From positions 310,001-374,000 of the forward strand of contig NW_026781958.1 in NCBI RefSeq assembly GCF_031769215.1: a stretch of DNA of 64,000 nucleotides, written 5' to 3'. A program made the position numbers and the translations under genes. The notes below the pieces were generated by a model. That model was given only the letters and a program-made list of their open reading frames with translations, ran no database searches and was not told the origin of the DNA. Numbering within the stretch: the first letter of the stretch is position 1; every line of letters begins with the position of its first letter. The DNA comes from Ylistrum balloti (lineage: Eukaryota). This document shows positions 51,126-62,900 of the stretch, piece after piece.

Positions 51126-51574
51126 ATTTTCTATAGTGTATAAGATAGCGTCAGTTATCGTGAATTATATAATAAATGAAAACATAACAAACTCGCTATA
51201 GCGTTTAGAATATTTGTCCGTTAGGATTTAATTTCATTTTAATTGATTTTATGAATCGACCAACTAGGATCATTGATTTCTGTTACTTTTTCCAACAACT
51301 GTAGACATCGGTATGTTTATTGAATTACTTAAAAAGCCATTTTTTATTTCATAAAAAAAAAATAAGAAACATATTCAATTTTGACAGATTCACAAAAAAA
51401 AGTAAATCGATATATAGAACTAGAATACAAAGTAATATTTCCGTTGGTGTATGTTATACAGAGACCTGCACTTATAGTTAATCATTATCATATAGATCTC
51501 TGGTTATAACATGGTCCAATAGCCATCGAAAGTACCAAACAAATACGACTGCCAAATTCGTTCCAAAGTAAACT

Positions 51575-52526
51575 AGGGGTCTGATTGATAAGTTGTGAGC
51601 CTTGTATTAAAGAAATCAAGCAGGGATGTCCCTTTTTAACTCTACTATCCCCTACCTTATTAAGATTGTGTACCCGAAGGCTGAAGTCATTTGGTCAGTA
51701 TACGTCGAAGAGGTAGCACTATAAAGTAAACAAAGCAAATGACATTTGCAAAATAGACAAAAACGCTGAAAGAGTAGTGATTCAATAATAGCATAAGAAA
51801 AGTCTAGCATCTAAGGATATCCATACTGATATTGTAGCAATACAAGGGAATGATGGTCTCTCATATGCCACAGTGGAAAGGTGGGTGGCGGAATGTAAGC
51901 ATGGCAGGCAGAGCCTTGGGGATGACGCCCGTCATGGTAGACCTGTCAGTGTTGCAACCCCGGAAATAATAAATGAAGTCCATATGGTATTGTTTTGGCT
52001 GACAGGCGAGTTACAGAGAGATATATAGCCAGTACAGTTGGGATTTTCCTGGAAAGAGTATATTCCATTCTTACGGATCTTGCAATGAGAAAGCCCTCAA
52101 CCCGTTGGGAAGCACACCAGGCGGACTTTGTCGCATGCTAATCTGAACCTTTTAGAGACAGATCCTGTTAACTTTCTGCAGAGGTTTGTGAAAGCTGGAA
52201 AGGTTATGGTATTGGTTTTCTGGGATGCTGATGGTATATCCGTCTTATTCGCCTGATCTGGCTCCATCAGATTTTCATCTATTTCTACAATTGAAAAAGG
52301 CAATTTCCGGTACAACTTTTGGTCAGATGATGACGTCATACATGCATTGGAGGACTTTCTGTACGGTCAAGAAAAGAACTGTTTTAAAAGTGGCACTCAG
52401 GCCCTTAAACTCGTTGGTAAAAGTGTATAGATACTGAAGGGGGTTGTGTTGTAAAAGTATGCAATATGTCCACACCAAAAGTCAAACTCTTAAATGCGAG
52501 GTTCACAACTTATCAATTAGCCCCCG
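51575..52526 (+). mobile_element. Decayed, internally deleted mariner (DD34D-type) transposon
   Basis: TIRs GGGGTCTGATTGATAAGTTGTGAGCC and GGTTCACAACTTATCAATTAGCCCCCG|TA. Broken transposase peptides: SYATVERWVAECKHGRQSLGDDARHGRP (HTH), IASTVGI, and the diagnostic YSPDLAPSDFHLF. Confidence 0.92.
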
Positions 52527-52593
52527 TATAGACACAGAAACGTAGTGAAATTGAATACATTATATAGATATAGCCTGTATTTGTGTACCTGTT

Positions 52594-55500
52594 TTACACA
52601 TTGATGTTACCACTTTGTGTGGCTACCAGAATTACTATTCCAAACCCGGCGAGGAGGCCAACATTTTGTAACCAAAACACAGCACGGGTACTGTCCTGTC
52701 CTGTACTCTCCGCTATTCTGGCCTGATGACTCATCTCTGGGATCTACAGGATACAAAAGTACTAAAGTTTGAGTTACGTGTGCTCAGTCTGTGTCAAATA
52801 TTTTCATCTTTCAGACTTCAAACAGGTCATCTATCATTTAAGACAATGACCGTGCATTCTTAAGACATGTATACGAGAAATTGATTGTACGAACTCACTG
52901 TGTTCGTAAATAAATATTGAAATATCTTTCGATTTGAACAGCGACGAATAGTTAAAAAAACAATGTCACTTACCATATCAGCAAGAGCTATATAGACAAA
53001 GAGACCCCCAGCAAAGGCAAAAATGTATGTGTTGGCGTCTGTATTCTCTCCTACCACAATCCCTATCACCAGCCCGATGTAGATCGCCACAGCCGCGAGG
53101 AAGTTTAGCAACAACGCTCGTTTGATCGTCATTCCAGTGTGCAAGAGAATGGCTATGTCACCTGTGGAAAATACGACAGAAATATTCATCACGCTGATAA
53201 ATATAACGACAGATAGTTTAACGTGCCTTGGAAATATTCCTTCAAAGTATTCTGAAGACTGTATTATATTATCTCCAAGAGTTATTGCACTTTGTTCCAC
53301 TCTTTCAGTATGACGATAAGCTTGACAGCCGATGGGGCCGTATTAGAAAAATGAATATCTTATTTCAATACAAATTTAGTTTAAGCAATATTTTATTCCA
53401 TATTCAACAATATAACTCCTACATGAATAACTAAAGGGATGGGAAAACTAGCTTAGATCTTATATTAATTCCTTTCCTAAATATAGAATTACAAGCAGTT
53501 GCATCATACAGCTGTTTCGTCCTTCAAGAGATCAGTGATGAAAACGGCTTTAACATTTTGATATCTAGGAAGTGAATGTACAAAACTGATCAAAAGAAAT
53601 GTCAAAATCTATAAAAGGGATGATACACTGACCCCAAATAAATTTTGTAATTTTTATTATATTTGATAATTTCAGAAGAACGAGGATAAATGTGTATATT
53701 CTGAAACGTTCAGGTCATGCAGGTTACGGCAAATATATCTAAAGTTATAATTTACTCTAGTCTTTACACGATTGCGACCTTGTCAGTATAATGCATTTCT
53801 CTCTATATATACATGGGCGCATGACATGGCGAATAAACCTAATGCATGGGTGGATTTTTTTCTTTCCTCTCAGGCACCTTCATGGATACCTTACCTAGCT
53901 CGTGTGGCAGCTCTTCACTGAGAATAGCGAGAGACACACTGATCCCCAGAGCCATATCCTCCGTGTAGGCAGCACCCATAGCGAGGCCGTCAGAAATGTT
54001 GTGTAGAGCGTCACCAAGGAGAAGGGTCCACGCTACAGTCGCTACCTCCCCGTCACCCTGATGTGAATGGCCGGGAACGTTGACGTCATTGGTATCGATT
54101 TCCAATGGCTTCCCTTCTGGTACTTCAACCTCTTTACTCTGCAATAGATAAGATGGTGCAGTGTAAGTTTTATACTTATAGTTTACAATCAGAATGAGCT
54201 TTCATAATACCTTGTTTGCTGGCTTTATCATTTTGTGGCAACGTCTCTATGAAGTACCAGGTGGCTACTTGATCAACATACGGGATGCTCGTCGCATGCT
54301 GTCTGGAGTAATAAGTGTTTTGCCAAAGAACACAGCCACGTTAGCACAAACCAGTCCGTTTCTCAGCTTCCTAAGAAACAAAAACTGCCACGGGTATAGA
54401 GCGGCGAACCACACCCCTCGGATCTTCGCATGAGGTATGATAGCTTAACGCTTTAACCGATTAAAATGCATCTTCACCTGAGGTTAGACAGGTTAACGTT
54501 TCAACCGACTGAAATACATCTTCACCTGAGGTTAGACAGGTTAACGCTTCAACCGACTGAAATGCATCTTTACCTGAGGTTAGACAGGTTAACGCTTCAA
54601 CCGACTGAAATGCATCTTTACCTGAGGTTAGACAGGTTAACGCTTCAACCGACTGAAATGCATCTTCACCTGAGGTTAGACAGGTTAACGTTTCAACCGA
54701 CTGAAATGCATCTTTACCTGAGGTTAGATAGGTTAACTCTTTAACCGACTGAAATGCATCTTCACCTGAGGTTAGATAGGTTAACGCTATAACCGATTGA
54801 AATATCTTCTTTTTTATGTTTTTAAGTTTAAGTCTTATACCTTTCTTGTTCGACCTTAGTTCAGGGATGCTCCAGATTAATTGAGGAATTTAGCTTTTAA
54901 CGAGAAATTGTATTTATGTTCTACCTTTAATGAATACCCCTTTGTCAGAGGATGAAGGAGAGGGTGGGACAAACCATCCGTTCGTAGACAATTCAATTCA
55001 TTACACACAATGGGTATCCAGTTCAATTAAAGTTAAAAACCATCGGTAGGATTTGCTGGGGAAATTGATGAACATTGAGGAACGCCATGCCTAGCTGATG
55101 ACAAAACAATAACAAATTTTGAGATATTGAATATACTTACTTTTTTCTTAATATTTGACCTCCAGTTAATGCATTGCTCCACTAGGAAGAAAATGTAGAT
55201 ACCGGCGATGGCAGTGATTAGCTTAACTTTGTACTGTGGAATGGGGCTGTCCTCTCCCGTGATACCCAGAGACTGTAAAAATTGGTCTCATTATCATAAT
55301 TGTTTGTAAATGTACTTCAGGCGATAAATAATGAAATGCAAACACATGCTTCCTAGAAATAAATCTACTTTAACGATTATCAGTGTGATTCCTAGAAAAC
55401 CTCAAGACAATAGGGTAAAGGTTTCAAAAAATCCAAAATACCAAATCTCGCGAGATTTCATTTTTTGATACGTTAACAACCACTGGTATAGAGAGATTGC

Positions 55501-57835
55501 ACATATTGGTGACTATTGTAAATATTCTGGAAATCCGCGACCAAGACAAAAATCGTGCAGGTATAGTCAGAACCTCAGACTAGCATTGTCACTACAGATA
55601 ATGAACAAGTTTGAAGTAATATTCATTAAATGGTGATTGATATTGAAATTGCATTTGATGTTGATGAGATAAATATTCATGTGTGAGAGAATTCCTCTTC
55701 TCGACTCTTTTTAACTTTGTTGATATTTATGTTGCTTTACTTAAGGATTTAAACAGATAGAGAAATACGTCACCTCTGGAATAAGAACCAGAAGTCCTGT
55801 TCCTCCTAATGTCCCTACTGCTAAGGCTACACAGAAATACAGGATCCGCTGGAATCTCCTCGTCTTCATACACGGCTTGAAAAATACCCCGATGTTAGAG
55901 ATAAAGACGATGACGGACGCTGATGCTATGCCAAATCCCCAAGCTGAAAAATAAAGAATTGCGTTATAATAATTCAAGTATATTTGATGAAATTAGAAAT
56001 CATCTTAACTGCAGGACCTGATAACTATAAATTATTAATCGTTGACCCTTTATTGCAATACATCCTTCACTACAATACTATAATTCCACTCCTTCTAACG
56101 TATCTAACCGTTTTCCTTCTTTTTTTGTTTTTGTTTTTGTTTTAATTAAGACATGGCCGCATTATATTGTTATGTAAACAGTGTTATTTACACAACAAAG
56201 AGAGATATGTTGTCCGGATACAACAGTGTTGTAATTCACTTGAACACTCATTATTTTCAGTGGAATAAAATCTAACTATCTTATTGGATAGCTGACGTCA
56301 ACTAATGACCAACAAATACGTAGTCATCAGCGTGACGTCATAGACGGCAATATGGCCGCCCCCTCAGTCATTATAGTCTGTGTCGGATCGAAATTTTGAA
56401 CGGCTGAAGAAATAAAATTTTGCTGTAACAATCAAAAATTAAGTATATGTCACGTTTACTAGATTGATACTCTGAGATTTATATAGGAAAAGGTCTTTGT
56501 TTAAGATGAAATATAATTAAACCGTTTCTTTACATCTACTGACTTATTTCTCACATGCCATGATCATTTAGTCTCGTGCGCTATAAATCTGAAAGACCTT
56601 CTGGTAGTAACAAATTAAAAATACAAATAATCATACTCAAAATAAAACAGTTTTCAGTTCGAGATGTACATAATGGATTGCTTGTTTTGTTGAAATTGTT
56701 GTTTTTGTTTTTGTTTTGTGGGGTTTTTTTTCGATACTGTTTCCATTTTCTGTCTTTTTTTTCTGTTGAAAGTTTTCTCAACTGTCGCCTAATTCACAAA
56801 TCGTTAATCGAGAAAATTAGGATGCATGATAATCGTTTATCTAACCTTCAGCAGAACTAGGTTTTTCACCGTGTTTTGTTTCCTCCTCCTCCTCCTCCTC
56901 CTCCTCCTCCTCCGCCTCCCCCTCCTCCTCAGCTTCACGATGACAGTGGTGGTCTTGGACAGAGTAGATGATAGCCGACAAAGAGTTACTCAAGCCAGTA
57001 CTGTTCAGACTGGAGGCGATGGAGTATTTTTGGAAGATATCTTCATACCCCATACACTTTGATCAGAAAAGAATAAAAACGGGTCATAAAGTGATACACA
57101 AAATATAAAAAGAGTTAAATCAAAAGTAGGACACTAAAATAAATCATCACCATGAATTACGCTGCTCAGTTCAGTAGAAAGTTTTGAACACGACCTTTCT
57201 TTTGAAATACAAGTTAGAACCCGCTTTTTTGTGCGTTGTATTTCCTTGTTGGATATGCTAGACATGTGTTTGATGCTCGTTAGGATACCTGTTGCTGTTG
57301 TTTACTGTGTACTCATTGGAGAGCATGATCATATTTAATTAGATTGACCTAGATTTACATGGCAGGTATTAATGAGGCAGCAGACGCTTACTACACCGGA
57401 ACACATGGTCTTATTGTTCTTGTACTTTTGCATTAAAATTCCTGTGATATGTTGGTATTTTGTTGTTGTTATTGTTCAGATAATTTTCATAATGTAATCT
57501 GATTTCATATTATTTATTTTGTTCTTAACTTATTTCTTAGTGTAATTTAGATACTTTTTAAGATATTTCCTAAACATCTGACTTCTTTCGAAATGGCAAT
57601 CAGTACTTACCAGGCTTGAACACGTTTTATCTGCAGAGGTGTTGCACTTGCTGCCAATTGAGACATAGGAAGGGTCAAGTCCTATATTTATTCCGAATTC
57701 ATAAAACCCTTCCTTTGATAATGCCCCATGGATACCATATTCATCTAAAAGGGCATTTACATACTTGTCGTAGGGTTGTCCACTCGCACAAGTGGTTATA
57801 ATAACTATACATCCACAAAGCTGAAGAAGGGACAT
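52594..57835 (-). CDS. ZIP (SLC39) LIV-1-subfamily metal cation transporter, ZIP8/ZIP14-like, 7 coding exons, 439 aa
   Basis: Exons 57835-57611 (signal peptide MSLLQLCGCIVIITTCASG), 57056-56846 (AAG acceptor; poly-Glu), 55943-55774 (TM1-2; LAVGTLGGTGLLVLIPE), 55272-55141 (TM3), 54138-53895 (GHSH loop; GDALHNISDGLAMGAAY; SEELPHELG), 53161-52974 (DIAILLHTGM...GGLFVYIALADM), 52743-52594 (IPEM...LQNVGLLAGFGIVILV, stop). Total 1320 nt, all phases consistent. An acceptor directly before the ATG implies an upstream UTR exon. The exact orthologue needs a tree. Confidence 0.95.
54290..54470 (-). mobile_element. tRNA-headed SINE remnant with a CORE-like domain, ZIP intron 4
   Basis: The - strand reads TCGGTTAAAGCGTTAAGCT...GTGGTTCGCCGCTC (A-box and B-box-like), then GTGTTCTTTGGCAAAACACTT, which resembles the CORE motif GTGACCTTGGGCAAGTCACTT. 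Confidence 0.6.
54452..54803 (+). repeat. 48-bp minisatellite, ~7 copies
   Basis: Unit AACCGACTGAAATGCATCTTCACCTGAGGTTAGACAGGTTAACGCTTC; explains ORF 54466-54744. Confidence 0.96.
56879..56930 (-). repeat. Coding (GAG)n tract giving EAEEEGEAEEEEEEEEEE in the ZIP ectodomain
   Basis: (CCT)n run on the + strand, inside exon 57056-56846. Confidence 0.9.
57235..57435 (+). mobile_element. 3'-UTR fragment of the Penelope-like family, ZIP intron 1
   Basis: TTCCTTGTTGGATATGCTAGACATGTGTTTGATGCTCGTTAG...TTGACCTAGATTTACATGGCAGGT...GCTTACTACACCGGAACACATGG aligns with the copies at ~58.7 and ~60.0-60.2 kb. Confidence 0.7.
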
Positions 57836-58279
57836 CCTAACAGTACAACTTACAACTAGAAGAATGCATTGAGAAACATCTATATCCTTCCTACTGCGTT
57901 TGAGACATGCTATTTCATGTCGAGGTTTTATATTAATATTCCATGTAGAGAATACGGAATCTTGTCATTCTACGTAAGTAACATGTGTATACTAAGTCAT
58001 GGATATTTCAAGGAACTTTCTAATTATACTTCCTGGCACGTGATTTGTCAAACATTAACTTCATTAAAAATTATGTTAGTATTTTAATCCAGCTGTGAAT
58101 GAGATAAGCTAAGAATGCGTTTTCTGAAGAGTGCAAAATGTCGAGAGACTCCAGGAATTAATTGTGATGTGATTTTCAATAAACAAAGATTTCATTGACA
58201 ACTATGCTAAAGAGCATGCTATAATGAATTCTTTTTCACAAATTTTACAAAGACCTTTGGTTTCATTTCTATATATAGA

Positions 58280-58830
58280 TATATTGACGACGTCCTTCGC
58301 ATACACCCGCCATAATTGGAGATAAAGGACACGACAGAATTTTCTATATCAGCCTCATATCTCCATTATCTCTATTTTCCCAACAACTTTCCATCAAACT
58401 GTATGGTAAGCACGAGGGCTGTTAGTTTCATGTTGTGAATTTACCATTTCTAAATAGCAACACTTAACGTATGGTCTTTACATGTCGCATTTAATTCGAA
58501 ATTCAAGGGCATGTTCCCAATATCACGACAGACAAACAGCATAGGATTTCGAAAGATGCAGGTTGATGAGAATGATGAAAAGATTTTACGGTCCTCATAG
58601 TGATCTCATTAAGAAATATTCAATTTCTTTGCGTGTATGAACCTGGATCAGGTTTGCTGCTCCTTAGTTTACCAGTTCGTTCCGTTGTTTTATACTTTGT
58701 TCGCATCAGAGAACGTGACATTACTTACTTGCATTGACCAAGATTTACATGGCAGGTGTCGTTGATGAAGCAGAAAAAGCTTACTTTTCGGGAACACCTG
58801 TTCTTATTATCTTTGTACATTTCTATAAGT
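58280..58830 (+). mobile_element. Decayed Penelope-like retroelement: RT C-terminus followed directly by 3' UTR (Naiad-like layout, inferred)
   Basis: Broken peptides YIDDVL, ELEIKDTT-like, LY.K....FHVVNLPFLNSN, YGLYMSHLIR.SRACSQY and KRFYGPHSDLIKKY correspond to the PLE RT palm/thumb. No GIY-YIG remnant is seen downstream. Confidence 0.8.
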
Positions 58831-59457
58831 TTCTATGCAAGTCTTTCTTCTCTTTATATTTTGCCACAGTTGTATTGAATATGAGTTTGGCTTATTGATC
58901 TGTTTATATGCTGGTATTTGTTTTTTGTTTTCAACTACATCGAATTGTCGAACATTCTAAAAAATACGAGAAATATGAACATAACTGGCATTTAATTGTA
59001 TGAAAAAAATCTAATAATTTGATCTCTGTAAGCATTGTTATGTTTCCTATTTATAAAATGTAATACGCTTCCTTTGTAACCAAGAAAATAATACCTACAT
59101 ATAAGAGTAGCCAATCATGCTCTAGTATTAAAATATTTCGTATGAGCGATTTATGAAAAGGATAAAGACCCCCCTCGTTTATATTGGATTCCTAAACTTC
59201 AATAATAAAGAATGTTTTATTGCCGGTTCATCTAGTAATACAACTGAATATTTATCATGACTTCTCATTTCCATTTTAGCACTGTCAGATCAGTTCTATA
59301 GTTTAAATGTAAATTACACAAAAGACACTGTTGATTTTTTTACTGATCTAGACAACTAAACCCATTCTTAACTAAAGAAAAGTCCTCTTTTTCTGATTTC
59401 AGAACACTTTCAAAGACAGATTAATGGCAGTTTACTACTAATCTAAAGCCAACATTT

Positions 59458-59610
59458 ACATTTGTTGACTAGGTTTGAGGTCAACATATGTTATAATGGA
59501 CCCTCGGACTAATCTGTTGCCTGCCGCCTTCGGAGTCGGACAATACTTTAGGCCTTGGGTGTAGTCCTTCAAAATAACACATGTTGATCTAAAATCCAGT
59601 CTACAAATGT
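59458..59610. mobile_element. ~150-bp MITE with ~35-bp imperfect TIRs
   Basis: ACATTTGTTGACTAGGTTTGAGGTCAACATATGTTAT versus the reverse complement of the right end, ACATTTGTAGACTGGATTTTAGATCAACATGTGTTAT. Confidence 0.75.
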
Positions 59611-59879
59611 TTTTTTTTTTATACATTCTACCATTGATATCTAAGAAAACGAATCATTATTGATAAATATAAATGAATGACAGAAATTGTTGAGTGACGA
59701 CCGGAAAGTACCGGACAGTAATAAGCTGTGACGAAAGCAGTCAACATCGAGGTGTTGACCGGTTACCATTGTTCTGGAGCAAGCATCTGGAATTTTAGAC
59801 TTTATTCACTATAGAGGTAACGAATAGTAGATATATAATACATACGATGCATAGATAATGATACAATCCTGAGAACAAT

Positions 59880-60180
59880 AGAATTTCGGATAGGCAATTT
59901 CGTCACTAAATATGATGGATATTCGAGAGACGTAGCTTGATGAAGATTGTGGAGAAGTTGCTTGGTCGTCATCATGATCTCATAAGAAAATATTCTGTTT
60001 CCTGTTTTGGATATGACGTTAGATATGTTCGTTGCTCGTTAGTTTCCTTGGTATTTTATTGTTACAAGCCTGGAACTCATTCGAGAACGTAAGATTACTG
60101 ACTTGGACTGACTTAGATTTACATTGAGGGGCTCGTCTATGAAGCGAAAGATAGTTAATCCTTCGGTCAGATAATAGTCT
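59880..60180 (+). mobile_element. Another decayed 3' fragment of the same Penelope-like family
   Basis: EKLLGRHHDLIRKY remnant at ~59950-59995, followed by the shared UTR and a degenerate GACTTAGATTTACAT...GATAGTTAATCCTTCGG motif. Confidence 0.65.
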
Positions 60181-60865
60181 GTGTGTAGAGAAATCCTTTC
60201 TTTATATCTTGCCATTGGTAAGAATTGCAACCTTTCGATGTAGTAAGAAATTCTGCACGATTTGTATACAGACAGGTATACACAAATTTAGTGACGTTTC
60301 TAGCAGCAAAGACTATTTCATCTAGTTAAACTTAAATTCTAAGCCGCGGAGTACACAAAAATATTGCGCAAGGTTGAAAATAAATGTGTTTGTGACAGAA
60401 TGTTGAGACTATGTACCTAATTATAACTTAAGTTTTGTTGGTAACTTTCGTGAGTTATTTTTCAGAAGTGAAAAGAAAGTTAAGTGTTTTTACATATATT
60501 CCAGCGCGGTTCTTATGAGAAAACACGTCAGAATGTTGGTTCTTTATAAAATGTAGCCATCGCCTATACTTATTTTCTGAATATTGTTCTCCACTGCAAA
60601 TAAAACTGATAGGTAGATCTTCGTAATACCCTCAGGGATCAGTCTACTCGCATTCAAAATCAAATTCATCTTTAATTTAAATATTAACCAATGTGATAAT
60701 CACCAACTCAATTACGATGTTTTCTCAGGTGCAATTTAGGGTTTTAAATACATGTATTCATACGCTTGTTGTAAAGTTCCAGTAACCATATATATATAAC
60801 GCTATTGTGATTATTCAGGATCTGATCGATGTTTGAAACCGTCAGTGTCTTGAGCTGTAGCATGT

Positions 60866-61608
60866 TTAAAACAATGGGGGAGGTCCACCACCTTTGTTGT
60901 AACAGTCCGTTTTTCTGTTGTCTTTACACTGAGTTGGAATTTCAAACTCTGTGTAGTTATTGAAGGTTGTGGAGGAGAACAAGCGATACTCTGTGAACAA
61001 GTAGACTGGAGCGTTGCCAACACATCTAGAGGCCAGAGCCACATCAATTACACACCCTTCTCCCTGAGCCACCGGTTTCTTATCTGGATACGAAGCGTAA
61101 TACCAGAAGTGGATAACGCCTCCACCTGGTGGGGGCGGCTGTTCGATCTCTGATGAGGGGGGAGGTCCAGGTTTAAAGTTCATTGTATAGTTGTACACCT
61201 TCCCGTCATAAAATTCACCCTTGTAGTATCCAAGTTCACGCTGTAGTTTCATCTGCTTCGTCATCCAGTTTGTCTGTGGTACTTTCAAGGGAAATAATCC
61301 GGGTGATCCGTAACCTTGGCAACAGAAGTTATCAGCAGCGATGAATACTCGTCCGTCTTCCTGCCAATACTCTACGCATGGAACCTTTGCACCGGGACCA
61401 CCAAAGTTGGTGAGGTTGCAGAACTCATGGTTGATTCTCTGCACCGATTTAGTTGTACTGAGATCAGCGGTGGTATTTTGACCACGAGGGTTGTCTGCAT
61501 AGGTCCTACCGTTTAAACATTCAAGACCGTTGGGTTTGCACCAGAATGGTGTTGGCCCATAGGAAACACCGGAGTAATGGGACTCTGCAGGCCACTCCGG
61601 CCAGGCAC
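60866..61608 (-). CDS. Large 3' exon (~247 aa) of an ependymin-related / LolA-like-fold protein; 5' exon(s) uncertain
   Basis: Acceptor TTTTTGTATTTCCAG|GT at 61608, then an uninterrupted non-repetitive frame AWPEWPAESHYSG...FWCKP...NFCCQGYG...QTNWM...LGYY.GEFY...HFWYY...KPV...EFEIPTQC...stop. The N-terminal P.WP motif, Cys spacing, N-glycosylation sequons and C-terminal F..P..C resemble ependymin-family proteins. The family call is from recalled motifs only. Confidence 0.75.
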
Positions 61609-61749
61609 CTGGAAATACAAAAAGGTTCAAGTAGTAAATTATGACAGTTTTACACTATGGATAATATCTAATAATTGGAAGCTTGAAAATATTACATCAC
61701 ATATAACAATTTCAATATTGCATATTGCCTAAGAATTTTTGTCAACACA

Positions 61750-62900
61750 TATTTAGCCCCCCATCGTCATATGGCAGGCTGCTGAAATCACCCTTAATCC
61801 ATGGTCGGTCCGTCGTCCATTCATCATCCGTTCTTACACAATACTTCATATGAATTTTTCTCCAATGTCATTCGTAGATTTCATCTGGTCACTGGAGATG
61901 CCTTTTCAGTTTGAGAGACTGATAATGAATTCCAAATGGTGGCCATCTTTCTAATTATTTAAGTTTGTTATAGCCATTTCTTGAGCAGTTGTTGATGGAT
62001 AATTTCCAAATTTCATACGTAGATTGCCTTTGGCCCTCTGGTCGTTGCCCGAATAAAATGGGGCTGACCAGCAGAGCAAAATGAATTAATTATTTGTCGT
62101 AAAGCACTCAATGGATTCTCAAACTTCAGATGTAGCCAAGGTTGCCCTTTAATTGTGCACTGTATGGATGTTTATTGATGATACCATAGGGTTGACTCAG
62201 CCTTCAATACAACACGTAATTAAGAGGAAAGAAGAGATAAAAGAGAGAAAATGATAACGGACACGATAATTATTCTGTCTTCTGATGTTAGATATTTTAT
62301 CAAAACACTGTCAGAAAACGATATGTAAGATCTGAGGCATTAGTATGATCATATAGAGAACTTTTTGTTATTCCTCCTGTAGTCTGTTTGATCTTGCTGA
62401 GCGTATTTGTGAATTATCAATAAGTCACAAGAAACGGCGAAAATATAACTGTAAAACTCCGAGATGACCATCTGTCGGTCAATTGTTCTTCCAAACATTC
62501 TCAAAATAGACAACTCACAACTAAACTAGAGTCCAAGAGATATCTACTATACCTGCCAATGTACAAGATGGTCGCCATTCTGTCATTTGTTTCTGGACAA
62601 TGCACAACTAGGGTCAAAGGAAAACTCACTCATGGAACCAAAAATTATCTAGGAGCAACCTGATCTTTAAAAGTATCTATTAATTTTTCTCCAGGAAAGA
62701 GAAAACAAATTATAAATGACAATATTTAAGATGGCTGCTTGTCATAGATTTTGTTTTTACTAATCATTCTTAAACGGTCACTGCACGTGAAGTACTCAGA
62801 TGAAAACTATACATAGAATTGGGAGTGGTCCATTAAGTGATGATAAACTACAACTGTAAACATCAAAGATGGCTGTCTTTCAACAGCGCGTTGATGAGAT
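61750..62900. repeat. Fragments of an abundant interspersed repeat family (possibly Helentron/HINE-like)
   Basis: TTTAGCCCCCCATCGTC...GTCCGTCGTCCATTC start, plus recurrent (C)AAGATGGYYGCC motifs at ~61935, 62565, 62730 and 62865. Similar motifs occur at ~15.4 kb. Classification is inference. Confidence 0.35.

Noticed and set aside
58745-58800. SECIS-like ATGA...AAAA...GA pattern in the retroelement 3' motif
   Set aside because: The upper stem is far too short for a SECIS and no in-frame TGA-containing ORF is associated with it.
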